From the human T2T-CHM13v2.0 reference genome, Homo sapiens, in NCBI RefSeq assembly GCF_009914755.1, contig NC_060928.1: 64,000 nucleotides of DNA. One strand, 5' to 3'. Both the position numbers and the translations under genes were made by a program. The notes below the pieces were generated by a model, which was not told the origin of the DNA, searched no databases, and was given only the letters and a program-made list of their open reading frames with translations. Shown piece by piece: positions 13,893-30,250 of this stretch (its first letter is position 1; the number at the start of each line of letters is the position of its first letter).

Positions 13893-15386
13893 AAACAGTG
13901 GATTTGCTGAGTCATAGATTGGATATATATTGAGGTTTACCAGGTAGAGTAGAGCACATATGAATCAACCATTGTCACAATAATGGCATGAAGTTAACCA
14001 CATCAAAATGAGCAACATATAACAATGAGCATTTATTACTCACCCGTCTGTGGGCTGGCTGGGATGCTGCTGATTTAAGTTGGGCTTACTCTGGCTTTGT
14101 TTGGGTGTCTCTCATCTTTCTCGGACCAGTGGCTTCTCTGGTAGTACATTCTTTTCACAGCAAGAGGCTGGAACCAAGATGGCTTGCCTAACTGCAAAAG
14201 CATAGTTCAAGCCTCTGCTCACATGTTGTCCACCAATATCCTCAGTGCAATGCAAGTCACACCCAAGGGATGGGGAAAAATCATGCCACCCACCATGCGG
14301 TCTTTGTTAGTGTGTGAATATATAATTCTATTACAGAGAAATGAGGAAATTCGCATCAATAATTAAATTGGTCAAATAGTTATTTAAAGTGTGCCAATTT
14401 ACACTGCCAGCAGTGGTTCTTAAAGTTCCCATTACTCTACATCTTCAACATTTGGCATTTTCAGTCTTTTTAAAGATAGTCATTCAATACCATGGTTTTA
14501 ACTTATAGTTACCTAATGATTAATAAGGTTGAATACCTTTTCATATGTTTATTACCTTTTCTAAATGGCTTGCCCAAGATTTTTACCCATTTAAAAAATT
14601 AGGTTGCCAATCTTTTCCTTATTGATTCATGGAATATATTCTGAATAGGAATTCTTTGTCAGTTATATCTTTCCCCACTCTGTGTCTTGCGTTTTCACTG
14701 TTCTAATTGTGTTTTGGATGAATATACACTTTTTATTTTGAATGTAGCCCAATTATCAATCTTTCCCTTTATGATGAATGCCTTTTATGTCCTCTTTAAG
14801 AAGTCCTGGTCTACCCTGAAGCCATGAAGATATTTTCTCATGTTTTCCTTCAAGAGCTTTATTGTTCTTTACATATTTAGATATGCAATCTCTCTGGAAT
14901 TGGTTTTTATGCATTTTATAAGGTAATGATTGAGATTCATATGGATGTCTAATTGACCCAGTATCATTTATTGAAAGATCATCTTTTCGCTACTGCAGTG
15001 CGGGGACACTCTCATATGAAATGACCATTATGTGTTACCCATCCCTGAACTCTTCTTTACATTCCATTGACCTATTTGTCTATTTTTATGTCAATATTAC
15101 ACTCTCTTGATTACTGTAGCTTCATGATACATCTTGACAATTGAGACCATGAACCTTCTAGCTTTGTTCTTCTTCAAGATTGTTTTCACTTTTCTTGACC
15201 CTGTATTTTCATTAAAAATGTTTAAACCCGCTTGTCAATTTTTACAGCAGTCCTTCTGGGATATTGATTAAAATTATAATGATTAACTTGTGGAGAATCG
15301 ATAATTACAACTTCTTTCAGTCTATAAGCATGAAATATTCCTCCATTTTTTAAGGTATTTAAAATGTTTTACTCAATAGGTTTCTA

Positions 15387-15438
<52 letters not shown>

Positions 15439-17387
15439 TATATACTGGGCTTTTTATTTTTATTTATTTTATTTATTATATATAGAGGTATATATAAATA
15501 TATATTTTTATAGTTATATATATTTATAGTTATAAGTTTTTATGCTACAGTAAAAGATGTCTTTTTAAATTTCATTTTCTAGTAGTTTTTTTGTTAGTAT
15601 ATAGAAATAAAATTAATTTTATATTGTTTCTATCTGGTGGCTTTCCCAAATTTACTAACAAATTCTATCTTACCTGTATTTTTTCAGATTTTTCTATACA
15701 TACCATAATGTTATCTGCAAATAATAACAACTTTGTTTTTTCCAATTCTTATACCTTTTAGTTCTTTATCTTGCATTATTACTTTGAATATATTAGTATA
15801 TATTGAAATAAAATACTTTCTGAAGTTCTTTCTGTAGGTGCCCTTAATCAAATTTAACCCGGTCCTTTCTAGTCTTAGTTTACTCAAAGTTTTTAATAGG
15901 AAATTTTATCCATTTTTTTGCATTATTAACATGTTTGTGTAATTTTTTATGTTATTCTATTAATATGGTGGATTATAATCCATTGATGTTTGAACATTAA
16001 GTTAACCTCATGTTCCTGAAATAAGCACAATGTGGTCATAATAATTCTTTTCATGTGTTGCTTAATTTGTTTTGCAAATATTTTGTTTGGTGTTTTATTT
16101 ATTTATGTTCATGTGAATTATTGGTCTCTAGTATTTTTCTTGCAATATCATTGTCAAGTTTTGATTTCAAAGATGTACTGGCCTTATGTGTAATATGACT
16201 TGAAAAGGGAACTGGCTTTGTCCATACTCTGAAAAAATTTGTGTAATATTGGTGTTATTTCTTCCTTAAAGTGTTTGGAAGAGTTCACCAGTGATGTATC
16301 TTGGTATGGAATTTTCTTTATGGAAAACTTTACTTAGTTCAGTATCTTTAATACTTATATACATATTCAAATTACTTTTTCTTGTTTAGCTTTGGTAAGT
16401 TGTTTTATAATAAATCACCTATTTAACCTACATTTCCAAATTTATGGGTATAAATTTATCATTTTATTAATTTGAGTGTCTATAGAATTTGTAGTTATGT
16501 CCTATTTTTCACTGATGGTATTACTTTTTTGCAGCTTATTTTTTTCTTGATGTGTTTTACAATGGATTTGTCAATTGTATTAACTTTTCAAGTATCAGCT
16601 TTTAGATTTATTGATTCTTTTTATTGTACATTTATGTTGTATTGCAGTAATTTAGAATTTCATCTTCATTATTTTCTTCTTGACATGTTTTTCCTGTCAT
16701 CATCTTGTATCATGACTTCAAGCCTGTCTTCCTATCTGCTAGGTTTAATTGAGGCTATATGTTTAACTATGAGCGTGATTTTAACTACATCCCATATGTT
16801 TTGATATCTTGCATTTTTATTATCATTCAGTTCAAATTATTATTTAATTTCCATTTTGACTTTTTCTTTCACTTATGGGTTATTCGAGAGTGTAAAGCTT
16901 AAACTGAAGATATTTGGAGCTTTTCCAGTTAGCTTATGCCATTAATACTGTTCTTGCTTAATTTCATTGTAATCAAAGGATATATTCTCATTTAAGTCAT
17001 TTAGAATTTGTTGAGACTTACTTTATGGTCCAACGTATGGCTGGTTTTGACAACTCCTATATGTCCTACGTACCCCAAAATAATATGCTTTCTGCAGGTT
17101 ATGAATGCATTTTCCTATATAAGTTAATTAGATTCACTATTGCATACGTGTTCAAATCTTACATTTCCTTAGTTTTGTTTATGATGCCATATTCCACTGA
17201 TTACTGATAGAAGTATCGCAAAATTTCCCACTATAATTGTGGCTTCATATGTTTCTCCTTTGAATTTGGGTCATTTTTTGCTTTATATATTGTGAAGCTG
17301 TGTTATTTTGTGCATAAAAATTTAGATTAAAAATATTTTCCTGTAGATTGACTCTCTTATAATTACAATATCCCTTTTATTAAAATT

Positions 17388-17525
17388 TGTTTTTATTTTT
17401 TATTTTTAGATATTGGGTCTCTTTATGTTGCCCAGGCTTGTCTCAAACTCCTGGACTCAAGCAATCCTTCTGCCATGGCCTCTCAAAGTGCTGTGATTAT
17501 AGGTGTGAGCCACTGCACCCAGCCT
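17388..17525 (-). mobile_element. FLAM/AluJ left monomer
   Basis: About 135 bp single arm ending TGAGCCACTGCACCCAGCC with T-rich tail. Confidence 0.88.
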
Positions 17526-17887
17526 TCCCTTTTTTTCTCTAATAATATTCCTTGCCTTAAATTCTATTTTGTTTCATATTAGTTGGATGTTATACATTTT
17601 CCATTGTTTTACTTTTCTATATTCTTCTATGTAAGGAATATCTCTTGAAAGTATCATAGAGTTGGTATTTCTATTTTTTCCCATCTGGCAATCTTTGGCT
17701 TTTAATTACTTACTTTGTTGACATTTTATGTAATTACAAATATATTTGGGTTTAAATCTATCATCTTACTACCTTTTAAAAACGTATTTCACTTTTTTCA
17801 TGTTTGGTCACCCTAATTTCTTGCCTTCTTTTGGATTTTTTAAATTATTTCAATTTCTTCTACTATTTGTTTGTTACTTTTACTTTT

Positions 17888-18310
17888 TTCTAAGTCTGGA
17901 TTCCCAAGAAATACAGCCAGAGATGAGGATCCGTGTTCAGGTTATTTACTGCAGGGATGCTCTCAGGAGAAGAAGAGTAAAGAAAGCAGAATAGGTCAGG
18001 GAAGAAACTCAAGCAAGAGTGGCTTTCTGCTACAGACTAGCTTCAATATAATCTTTTTTTAAAATTTTATTATTATTATACTTAAAGTTTTAGGGTACGT
18101 GTGCACAACGTGCAGGTTTGTTACATATGTATACATGTGCCATGCTGGTGTGCTGCACCCAGTAATTCGTCATTTAGCATTAAGTATATCTTTCAATATA
18201 ATCTAAGGGGAATCTCTGGAGCACAAATTGCACCACAGAGTTAGTCCTCCTTGAAAGAAGGGGGCTTTTTGTACTCCTGTCAGTCAAACATTATTCAAGT
18301 TCTGTTGTGG
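17888..18310 (-). mobile_element. Old ERVL-class solo LTR, same family as the LTRs at 32361 and 39233
   Basis: Shares ordered motifs (GCAGAATAGG..., CTGGAGCACAAAT..CAGAGTTAGTC..CCTTGA, TGTCAGTCA) with 32460-32630. Confidence 0.6.
18055..18191 (-). mobile_element. Young L1PA (PA2/3-like) 3' tail insertion
   Basis: TTAGGGTACGTGTGCACAACGTGCAGG...CATTTAGCATT; perfect TSD TTCAATATAATCT at 18042-18054 and 18192-18204. Confidence 0.93.
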
Positions 18311-18579
18311 TGGCTGGGGAAAGAATGAGGGTATATAGCCCGCATTTCCTTGCTTTTTTAATCAGGTTAATTTTTAAAATGTTTGCTCACCATTTGTGAT
18401 TTTTCTCCTGTGAAAAGCTTGTTCATACATATTGTCCATTTATCTATTGGATTGCTGGTCTTTTTCTGTATTTCTTTATATATTCTGGATATTCATTCTT
18501 TGTCAGTATATGCTGCAAATATTTTCTCTTTCTTGTCTTTTCATCTTCTTTATTGTTTTTTGACAAATGGGAAGTCTTA

Positions 18580-19733
<1,154 letters not shown>

Positions 19734-19954
19734 AAATGGGAAGTCTTAATGAGTGTATTTGAATTTATTAGTTTCTTCTATTAGAATTTGTGCATTTCAT
19801 TTCATTTTGTTCTCTTGTTTACAGAGTTAATTTCTACCTCAGTCTTATAAAATACTTTTTAGTGGTGTCTTCTAAAAGATTTTACAGTTATGCCTTTAAC
19901 ATTTAAGTCTTTGTTTAAGCTGGGATGGATTTATGTATGGTGTGAGGCAGGGCC

Positions 19955-22160
19955 TCAAATTTAATTAGGAATCTTAATTCCACTTGTAATCTTAATTCTC
20001 CCCTGCCATGTAACGTGGTATTTCACAGCTCCTACAAATTAGAACATACACATCTTTGGAGTGGAAGAAATTATTCTGCCTCCTACAATGTGCTGTTTGG
20101 CCTCAAAGTTTCATATCCAACTTACATGCAAAATATAAGTTGGATATGAAAGCATTCACAATGGTCTAATTCCTCCTAACAGCCATAAATGTGTGAACTA
20201 ATTACAGCATACACAGTAAAAAAAAAAAGTCATCTAAATTTCATCAGCTTAAAAGTCTTAAGTCTCACCATCTAAATCATTTAAATCAGGTATGAATGTG
20301 GCTCTGTGTATAATCCATTCTAAGGCAAATTCTCCATCTGAAACCTACAAAACTCAAGAAATACCAAAATATATAGTGGTAGGACAGACATAAGATATCA
20401 GTTACAGAAATTCCCATTCAAAAAGGGAGAAAATTGAAGGAAACAAGCAAACAAACAAACAAAACCCAAGAGTCAGTGGTTCCAAGCAATTTTGAAATCC
20501 AGACAGGAAAACTCCATTTGATTCCAGGACCTGGGAATAATCCTCTATGACTTGAGGCACCTCCCTCTGGGCTGGAGGATTCAACCTTTAGGCTCATGGA
20601 TTTATTCTCACAATCATAACTCCTTTTTCTTAAAAGATAGCATGCATTTACAGCTGAGTAGTTTTACCAGCCTGTTTTTTGCCTCTAGAATCTGGGGGAG
20701 GGGTTGACAGACTTTCATTTCATCCTCTCCCTGCACCTTTCAGTCCAAGATGGCAGTATTTCTGCTGATATGAGATTTCAAGAACTTTGTTGATCACTCG
20801 TGTATGTCATGGGGATTCATGCCATTAGACAAGAGGCTCCTCCACAGATATTTCCTGGATAAGCCCAACTCTGTTCTTGGCTTCTGCTTAGATAGCTGAA
20901 ATGATCCATGAGTAACACTTCTAGTTTCTCTAGTTTCTTCAAAAACCCATCTGTGCAACTGAATACTCTGATCTTCTGATTCTTCCAAAGCACTAGCATA
21001 AGGCTGTCCACCACACCCTTGACTTTCTCTCCAGAGCATGCTTCCCTGAAACTGAGTATCCTAATTTTAATATCTTTTGTAATATGGATAAGCCAAGAAT
21101 TTTCTGAATTATCAAATTCTAGTTTCTTTTTGGTTAACAGTTCTACAGTCTACCTATTTCCTCTTGCATTTTACTATAGCAGAGAGAAGAAACTAGACTT
21201 CACCTTTAATACTTTGGTTGAAATCTTTTCAGCTAAATATCCAAGCACATTGTTTACAAATTCGCTTTCCACATACCTGTACACAATTCAGCTAAACTTT
21301 CTCTCACTATGTAAAAAGGATCTCTTTTCCTCTGGTTTTCAATAATATATTCCTTATTTCCATCTGTGCCCTCACTGGCAGTGCCTTTAATGTCCATATT
21401 TCCACCAACAATCTGCTTATAATGATTTAAGCATTCTCTAAGATGTTGTAAGTTTTCCCTATCATGATCCTCACTTTCTTCTGTGTCCTCACTAACAGAG
21501 TCATTAACAGAAATATCTCTGCTAAGAGTGTTTGTGAGGCAATTTAGGTTTTCTTCTCTCATGCACTTCAAAATTCTTCCAGCCTCTTCCCATTGCACAA
21601 TTCTAAAGTTAATTCTATATTTGTAGGTATTTATCTCAATAACACCACATTTACAGGTACCAAAATTTAAATTAGCTCCCTATTGCTATTATAACAAATT
21701 ACCATAAACTTTATGATTTAAAACAACAAAAATTGATTATCTTACAATTATGAAGGTTAGAAGTCTAAAACAGGTCTTACTGGGCTGAAATAAAGACATT
21801 GGCAGGGCTGTGTTCCTTCTGGATCTTCTAGAGGAGAATTCATTTTCTTGACTTTTCCAGCTTTTAAAAGTCGCTCACATTTCTTGGCTCTTGTCCCCTT
21901 CTTCCATCTTCAAAGACAGTAATGGCCAGTCAAGTCCTGCTCATTTTGCCTCCTTCTTCCACAGTTAAGGACCCATGTAATTACACTGAGCCCAGATAAT
22001 CTAGGATAACTCTATTATTTTAAGGTCAACTAATGAGCAACCTTAATTTCCCCTTGCCATGTAATAGAACATATTCCAGGGATGCATATCTTTTTTTTTT
22101 TATTGACACTGAGTCATAGGATGCATAATCTTTATAGGGACATCTATCTGCCTCATGACA
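19955..22160 (-). mobile_element. MLT1 MaLR provirus: partial 3' LTR (about 19955-20088), internal region, 5' LTR (about 21668-22160)
   Basis: Two MLT1-type LTR segments sharing CTTAATT..CCC.TGCCATGTAA; GGTACCAAAATT at the LTR/internal junction; MLT-int motifs (CATGCAAAATA, GGCAAATTC). Confidence 0.78.
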
Positions 22161-22172
22161 TGCTTATTATAG

Positions 22173-22494
<322 letters not shown>

Positions 22495-22682
22495 GTGAAT
22501 ATCTTTTAATAAATAGTTTTAAATTAATATTTTTAAAACAAATTAAGGATGTTTCTTTTAAATTTCATGAGACACAATTACATATTCATTCACTAATTTT
22601 TTCATTTATTGTGAAAATGTTTGGAACACTAATCTTTGTTTTGGGTACTTTAATGGGAGTTGTCAAAATGGAACCATCTCTG

Positions 22683-22890
22683 AGAGGCAGTGGAGCATGT
22701 GGCTAAGCTCACAGATTCTAGAATTTAACTGCCTGGGGTTGAATTCATTGCCTCAGCAGCAACACTACTTATAAGCTTTCTGATCTTGGGATAGTTACTT
22801 ATCCTTCCATGCCTCAGTTTCCTTATCTTAGCAAGAGGCTTAAACTAGTGCCTGACATATCAAACATCACATTAAGTGTTTGCCATTAAC
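22683..22890. mobile_element. MIR SINE fragment (similar MIR cores at about 1420-1610, 11270-11490, 25650-25830, 40840-41070)
   Basis: MIR core TGCCTCAGTTTCCTTATCT and upstream TCTTGGGATAGTTACTTA. Confidence 0.7.
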
Positions 22891-25089
22891 ATCATCTTCA
22901 TTTTCAGCCCTCAAGGAGCTCATGGTTTAGTTGTGGTTTCAGACAAGTAAACAAAATGTGATCATTTCCATGACTAAGGTAAATTTTAGACATAATGAAA
23001 CTTAGTGCATTTTGGTTAGACTATAAAATCAGCTTATCTGAGAATAAATAAGATATTTTCTTCTCCCTGACTATCATCTCCCTTTCTCCTGTGTTCCCTC
23101 ATGAAATGTTAGCATTCTGCTCAACTTATCCGTGTGAGTCTAGGTGCTCTCCTGCCCTTCCCTTCCCCATCCTTCACATCTACTCAGACAAGTCCTGTTA
23201 ATTCGATCTCACTAAAATATAACTTTTCTCTTCCCTTCTTTTCATTTCTTTTCATGTCCCTTTTCCATTCTTTTATCATCATTAACTTTGAATATTTAGT
23301 AGTTTACTAATTGGGCTACCTACCTCTTTTATCTCACCCGTTTCTTCTATCCTTTACAAAGCTTCCAGGGTGATTTTTCTAGAAAACAAAGTTGATTCCT
23401 TTCTGTTAAAAACATTTTCACCCTCAGGATTAAATCCAAACCCTTTAACATGATATATGCATCAGTTAGTATGCTTTTGTCCACTGTAAATTAAATCTAC
23501 CTAACTTGTGACATGAGTCCCTAGTAAATACATATTTTTCTCACATGATAAAATGTCTGCAAACAGGTGATGACTGGTATTTGTTCAGAGCCTCAGTAAA
23601 GGATGCAGGGTCTTTCTACCTTTCTACTTTGCCACTATTAACATGTTGGCAACTCTCATGCATGCTACCTCATGGTCACATGATGCTTGCTACTGCTCCA
23701 GGCACCATATTGATGTTGAAGGCAGGAAGAAGGGGAAGAGACAAAAGACTTCTCTTTACATCTTATTGGCCAGAACTGGATCACATGTCTGATTGTTGGC
23801 CAGTCATTGAGGAAGGGGAATGATATTACCTAATTGGTTTAGACCAGTCATAGTTTAATCCCTTGACTGAGAAGAGGATTGCCTTCTCAGAGATCAAGGG
23901 ATCTCTATATGTGACCTGAATCAAGATTCTGATAGCAGGGAAGACATGGTGAGTGACATTGGGTAATCCACTGGCAGGGTTTGCCACAGCATCCATGCCT
24001 GATCTGGCTTTTGCTTACCTCTTCAAGCTCATTTCTCACTATTGTCCCTGTCAATCCACACACCACCCTCAACCCTAATCCATCCAATCTGGGTCTCTGT
24101 TACAGGTAATTTTCCAAGATGCTATTGTTGCCTTATGCATTTGTGCCTTTCTCTATGTTGTTGCATCTGTCTGGCAACCCTCTGTGCTGTGTCTTCCTAG
24201 CAAACATGTTCTCATCTTCCTGGATGAGAACATATCCTTATCCTGCAAGAAAACTAGAGTATCTGTCCCTCTATGAAGACTTTCCTGAGTCTGCCTGAGC
24301 TTCCACTCTAATCTGCACACAATTCCGTTCCAGTAGGTATTGTATTTGTTTGTTGTATGTTTGTTTTCCCTCCCTAAACAATAACCTCCTTGAGAGAGGA
24401 CCAATGTTTTACTGTCTTTGTATTCTCAAAGTGCATTGTGGCTGGCATGAAGCTTTTCTTTGAACACTTTTGGCTGTAACATTGGAAGGGATGTATTATC
24501 TGGAGCTTGAAAGATGAGTAGGGTTGGCTAGAGAGGCCATGAAGAAGGTCATTCAAGCAAGAGAGAATGGCTTACGTTTCCTAAATGACCTTTAGGAATG
24601 TGTGAATGACCTAAGGTGTTACGTTAAAAGTCATTTCCTCCTCTGATACCCGTGCCAGCTTACATTACCCTGCTCTATTTCCACTTTCCTTATCACAACA
24701 TTGATCCCCTCTTCCTTCCATCACTTCCCCACCTAGCCAATCTGAGCAAAGGGCACTACCATTCATCATTCATTCACCCAGTTGCTCAAGATAAAAACAT
24801 AATGGTCATTCTTACTTCCTTTCTTTCCAACATGCCTTTTATTCATTCCAGCAGTATGCCTTGCCAGCTCCATCTCCAAGTTACCCTGTCACTACCTCTT
24901 TTCAAGTCAGTCTTGGCCATGATCATACAAGCCAGCAGCATTTCTCTCTTGCACTTCCTTAAAATTCTTCCTTCTGCTAACACTTTGGCTCTCTCTCTTT
25001 GCATTCCATTGTTCACCCAGCTGCCAAGGTAGTATTTTGCAAACTCCAAAGAGATCACACCTTTCCCCTGCTTAAAATCCCCCATCTAT

Positions 25090-25411
<322 letters not shown>

Positions 25412-28400
25412 TTAGAAGAAATGCTTCTTTTGGTTTCCAAGGCCCTATGTGTTCTGCCCTCTGTTTGTCTCTCAGACTTTGCTCCTGTTCCTCCCTCCCC
25501 TGATTCACTGTTCCAGACCTCTTTGCCTTCTTGCTGTTTCTTACTCCTCTGTCTGCCTGGACTACTCTTTCCCCAGTGACTCCCATGACTTGCTTCTCCT
25601 GATAATCCTCATCTCTTCTCATTCAGGCAATGTCACTTAGAATATACTGGTAAGCAATGAGGGATTTGGAGTCAGATTTCTTGGATTAAAATTCAACAAT
25701 TTTCAGCAAGGGACATTAGATAAGTTTCTTAAATTACCTTTGCCTCAGTTTCCCTCAACAACTTTAAAGTTTGTAAGTACTTAGCAGGGGGCTTGTCCGT
25801 GGTAAATCATATGCAAATGTGGCTCATTATAATTTTCTTAACTTAAGTATAACTCTTCAGAGAGACTTCCTCGATCACTCAGTGTAAAAAGGTAGCCCCA
25901 AGTCTCTCTATCACATCAGTCTGTTTTTAATTCTTTGTAAAACCTATAGCATTACCCTGTTTGTTCATTTATGTGTTGCTTCCTCCTCCTAGAATTGAGC
26001 TCGAGAGACCAGAAGGTGTGTTCCTGCTGTATCTTCAGCATCTGGAACAGGTCTAGCACCTGGTAGCATTTCAATTGGTAATACACACACAGGTGTGCCA
26101 TTGACCTTGGAATAAAATCCAGACTCCCAGCTCCATCCTACAAGGCGGATATTGTCTCCTCTTTGTCTTTCTGACCCCATCTCTAACCTCCCTTCTCTTT
26201 CCTCGTGAGGCCTCTTCCTTAGCATGAGTTTCTTCCCACAGGATTCTTTTGAGCACCTTGCAAATAAAGTTCTCAGACTTTCCTCAAAAGACCTAATATT
26301 ACTCCTAATTTTTCTGAATTTGCAGCCAGCACCCATCTTAGGTCTTTTGCTATGGATTCCACTCTTCTGGATGTTACCACTTCCTCTTTGAGTCCATGTC
26401 TGCACTTTTATTTAGTTCCCATGTTACATAGTTCCTGTCTGCTAGCCTCTCTCCTCCATTCTAGAATCCCACTTCAAGGGAGTTGAACAGCACCATGCTG
26501 TTTGGTTACAAATTGAATTTTAGGGACATTGTAAATAATGTTAACATACTGCCTGGATAGTCTTGTCTCTTTGTCCTTTATACACGGATTATGGTTGACA
26601 ACTCACCATTGACACAGTCCATGATTCCAATTCTTCTTTTTAAAAACTAATTATCATTCTATTTCTGGGCAAGACCCCCAACCAGGGAGGTAAACAACTA
26701 AATCATTATGATTTTACATGTCTACAGAGAGAGATAAAATGATATAATAGGAGAATAATTAAAAAGCTATTGTGTTAGTTAATTATAACTTTAAAATAAT
26801 TTATTCTTTAGAGGAAATAAAAAGAAATAAATGGAAATCCTAAAAATTATGGCACACTATGTAAACAGATCTCTTTGATGACACTTAAATGTAGATACTC
26901 CTTTTAAAAATTGGGTTCTGATTTTGAATACACTTGGAATTTCATGCCTGGTTCCAGATTAATAATGATAGAATAAAATTCTTTAGTATTTAACACGTTA
27001 CTGTGACACAGCGCTTCCTTATAATTTTGGGAAGTTTAAGGCCAAACTGAAATAGTAAGAGCATTAACCCAATTCTTTGAGAAAAAAAAGAAAAAACTGG
27101 AATAAAAAATAATTAAGTCCCCTTTGCCTCCTAATGAACTGGCATGCAACTGTATCCAATTTCCCTCTGCTTTTCCTTTGATCTCTTTAAGCTCTCCCTT
27201 GGTCAAACCTCTTCTGTTTGAATTGCACTAATTTGTAACTCGGCTTCTTCCATCTGGGGATACAGATTTGTGCAGACCCATTCCACGCTGGGCTAAATGC
27301 GTTCAACACCTGGCTGAACATATTGGTTTCAGTGTATTTACCCAAATTGTTAGTAAAACATCAGAAACAGTCGGCTCCTGCTTATCAAATTGCAAACGGG
27401 GTCCCTATCACTTAACGCTAATACAATTTAGACTCGAAGTTCACAAACAGATGCACGGCATTTCCAATCATATCAGCTGCAGCCTCTGGAATCCCAGATT
27501 TGGTGTCTAAAACATCCACAGAGAGGGAGAGAAATAAGGGCAGTAATTCAGTTGGTCTCAGCCTTGTGTTTCATACATATTCTGCAGATAATCTTTTGAC
27601 TCTTCCTTTTTGTCTCCTTTTAACGTCCGCAAATCCTTTGACTAGGGCTATGTCCCGAGTGCTATAGCCACTCTTATTTCCTGTGGTCTTTTCAAATCCA
27701 TTCTTTTTAGCTCCCTCTGTTTGGTTGAAGGATTAGAGCTTCTTAGCCTTGAAGCCAATTTTGGAATGCAGATTGAGGGTCAATGGTGAAGAAACCGTTT
27801 CCTCCTTCCATTCTTGTCTTGAAGTATCCTTTTTGACTTACATGTCTAGAAACCAACAAAAGCCCTCTATTATTATGGTAGTTGGAAAATGGCCCAGTTC
27901 CAGCCCAATCCTTTGCAGCAAAGAGGTCCTTCCCCCCATTCTTGCCTTCTGCTTTAGCATTCATTATTGTGATGCCTTGTTTACTTACATTTCTATCTGG
28001 TGATAATAGGCTTTTCAGCCTTTGGGCTTCAAGGTCCCTGGCTGCAGAAGGAAGGCCAAGAAAAAGAGAGAAAATATGGGATGGCTGGGGAACTTGCCCT
28101 GCGACTGGCTTCTCTTTGTCGATTCTGAACACTGATGATCAACTCATTGTGTCCTACTCATCTCTCTTAAAAAATTAGAATCTGTGAATGAACCAGTTTG
28201 TTTTCGTAGTTCAGTGTCTGGGTGGGGTTTCAGAGCCATGAGCAAAGTTAGTCGCTTGTTATCCCTTCTAAGGAGTGGATGTGGTGGCCCCAGGATGGAA
28301 AGAACCTACTCTATGCTGCTGTAGGAATGGATCTATAGCTGGCCCTGCCATCTCTTATGACACAGAAGAGACCTCTCTCCTCCCACACACAGGTAGGAAC

Positions 28401-29679
28401 AGAGTCCACCCCTTCTGCAGCCCCCCACTACCCAGTGGACACAGCAGCCTTAGGAAATCAACTCTCATGTTTCAACACAGCCAAGATTTTCCAAGGAATA
28501 GATTGCAATTGTGTCTGTGGTTATGGGTCAGGATTTGTGTGCTTTATATGTCATTTGTGTAGCCAGGGAGGTAATTTTTATAGTATCCATCAATTTATTT
28601 ATCCATTTACTACTTAGCCATTCCTTCATGTGTTCATTTACCAGTCCTCACGCTGGAGCGCTCACCACCTTCTGGGTCCTGCACTGGGTCCTGACAGTAG
28701 ATGCTTACTAAATAATGAGCAATAGATGAATAAGAAAGTGGAAACAAGGCTGGGGAATGTCCCACAACAATTCATAACCAGGAGACATCAGTCACAATCC
28801 TGACTAGGGTGGTGAAAGGGTAAGGGGGTGTAAAGGGTCAAATAATTCAACAATTAGCCAATAAAATATTTTGTTGAAAGCAGACTTCTGTGTACTCCAT
28901 CAATGATGAGAATTGAAAGAGGTTGTCTTAGGAAAGGGGTGAGGTGATACTGGGATGGCAAAGTCAAATCCCAGATGAAAGGCTTGGCTATGGTGGCCCC
29001 TTAGATACAGTGGGCCCATTTTAGAGAGGTCCTCTGTGTATCTTAGATGTGTATCCTTTTTCTTATTTTTCCCCATCAAGGAATCCATTTCCTTTAGGAA
29101 GCCCATCCCTTAGGAGACTTGATGACAGTGGACAGAGACTTGATGACATTACAGACCCTGAAATTCAGATTCTGACTTTCCTAGCTTCCATGCAGCCAAT
29201 GCTTTGGTATGTGCCTTGGACTCGGGTAATCAGATACAGGTGCCTTAGGCTGTGAATTGTGAGCTACCGATGCGAAGAAAAGCAGATAATTCATTCTGGT
29301 AGCACGTGGCAACAGCTACAACAGCAGCATCCAGCTTCTAGAGGAGCAGTGGCCATGGTGATGGTTTCACTGTCTGCATCTATCAGGCAGTACTGGTGGT
29401 GCACCCTGCCATGCCTCATCTCAGCAATGACACAGTGTTGTCCTCCCGCAAGGAAGTTGAATTTTGCCATTTTCCCTACAAGCACAGCCTCTGAAGCTGG
29501 TTTCCCAATATTCCTTCAGCTCTAAAGAATCCAGTATCCTAATGGTAGAGCAGTTTATGGTTTAAATTTGCCAGTGGTTTTCTGTTGCATAAAATAATCT
29601 ATCGCCCAAGTTTATTCTCTTGAAGTGACATCCAAATTTGCATAATCCCATTCAAAATCTTACTTTTAATCTTTAATTT

Positions 29680-30250
29680 TGTTTTTAATTAACTTTTTAT
29701 TTTGTAAAAACAACTGTAGCAAAGTTGCAAGAACCTACCCTTCATCTAGATTTACCTACTGTTAACATTTGTGCCACATGTTTGCTCTATCTTCCTCTCT
29801 ACACACAAATGTGCTCACATTGTTATTCCTTTCACTATTCTTATTTTTATCTTTTGCTGAACCATTTGTGGAGATCTTACATTTCACTCCAAATATTTCA
29901 ATGTCACTACCCTAAAGAAAGTGACATTTTCCAATATAATCACAATGCAATTATCAAACTCAGGAAGTTTACATTTATTAAAACTGATATCCAATATATA
30001 GTCTGCATTCAAATGTTGTTAATTGTCCCAATGCTGCCTTTTTGGCTATGATTTTTCTCCCTAATCCAGAATCCAATTCAGGATTATGCATTGCTTGTAG
30101 TCATTATGTCTATTTGGCCTTCTTTCTCTCTCTCTTTTTTTTAATGACATTGACATTTTTGTAGGGTACAGTCTGTTGTTTTGTAGAATGTCTGTTAATT
30201 TGTGTTTTTCTGGCTGTTTCCTCTCAGTTTGATTTAGGTTATGTGTTCCC
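29680..30250 (-). mobile_element. L1MC/ME 3' end fragment
   Basis: AATCCAGAATCCAATTCAGGAT...CATTGC and TTTTGTAGAATGTC motifs of old L1 3'UTRs. Confidence 0.65.

Larger units (their letters stand above)
13160..17880 (-). mobile_element. Old L1 (L1MC/ME-type), decayed, with nested MaLR-like fragment (about 13950-14350), TA-rich simple repeats and an Alu monomer
   Basis: Long T-rich tract with decayed antisense ORF2/3'UTR motifs (TTACTGTAGCTT, GCTTTGTTCTTCTTCAAGATTG, TCTGCAAATAA). Confidence 0.75.

Noticed and set aside
29114-29148. 14-bp direct repeat GAGACTTGATGACA x2 (similar small repeat at 31712/31742)
   Set aside because: Only two copies, a small local duplication; not a CRISPR-like or other array
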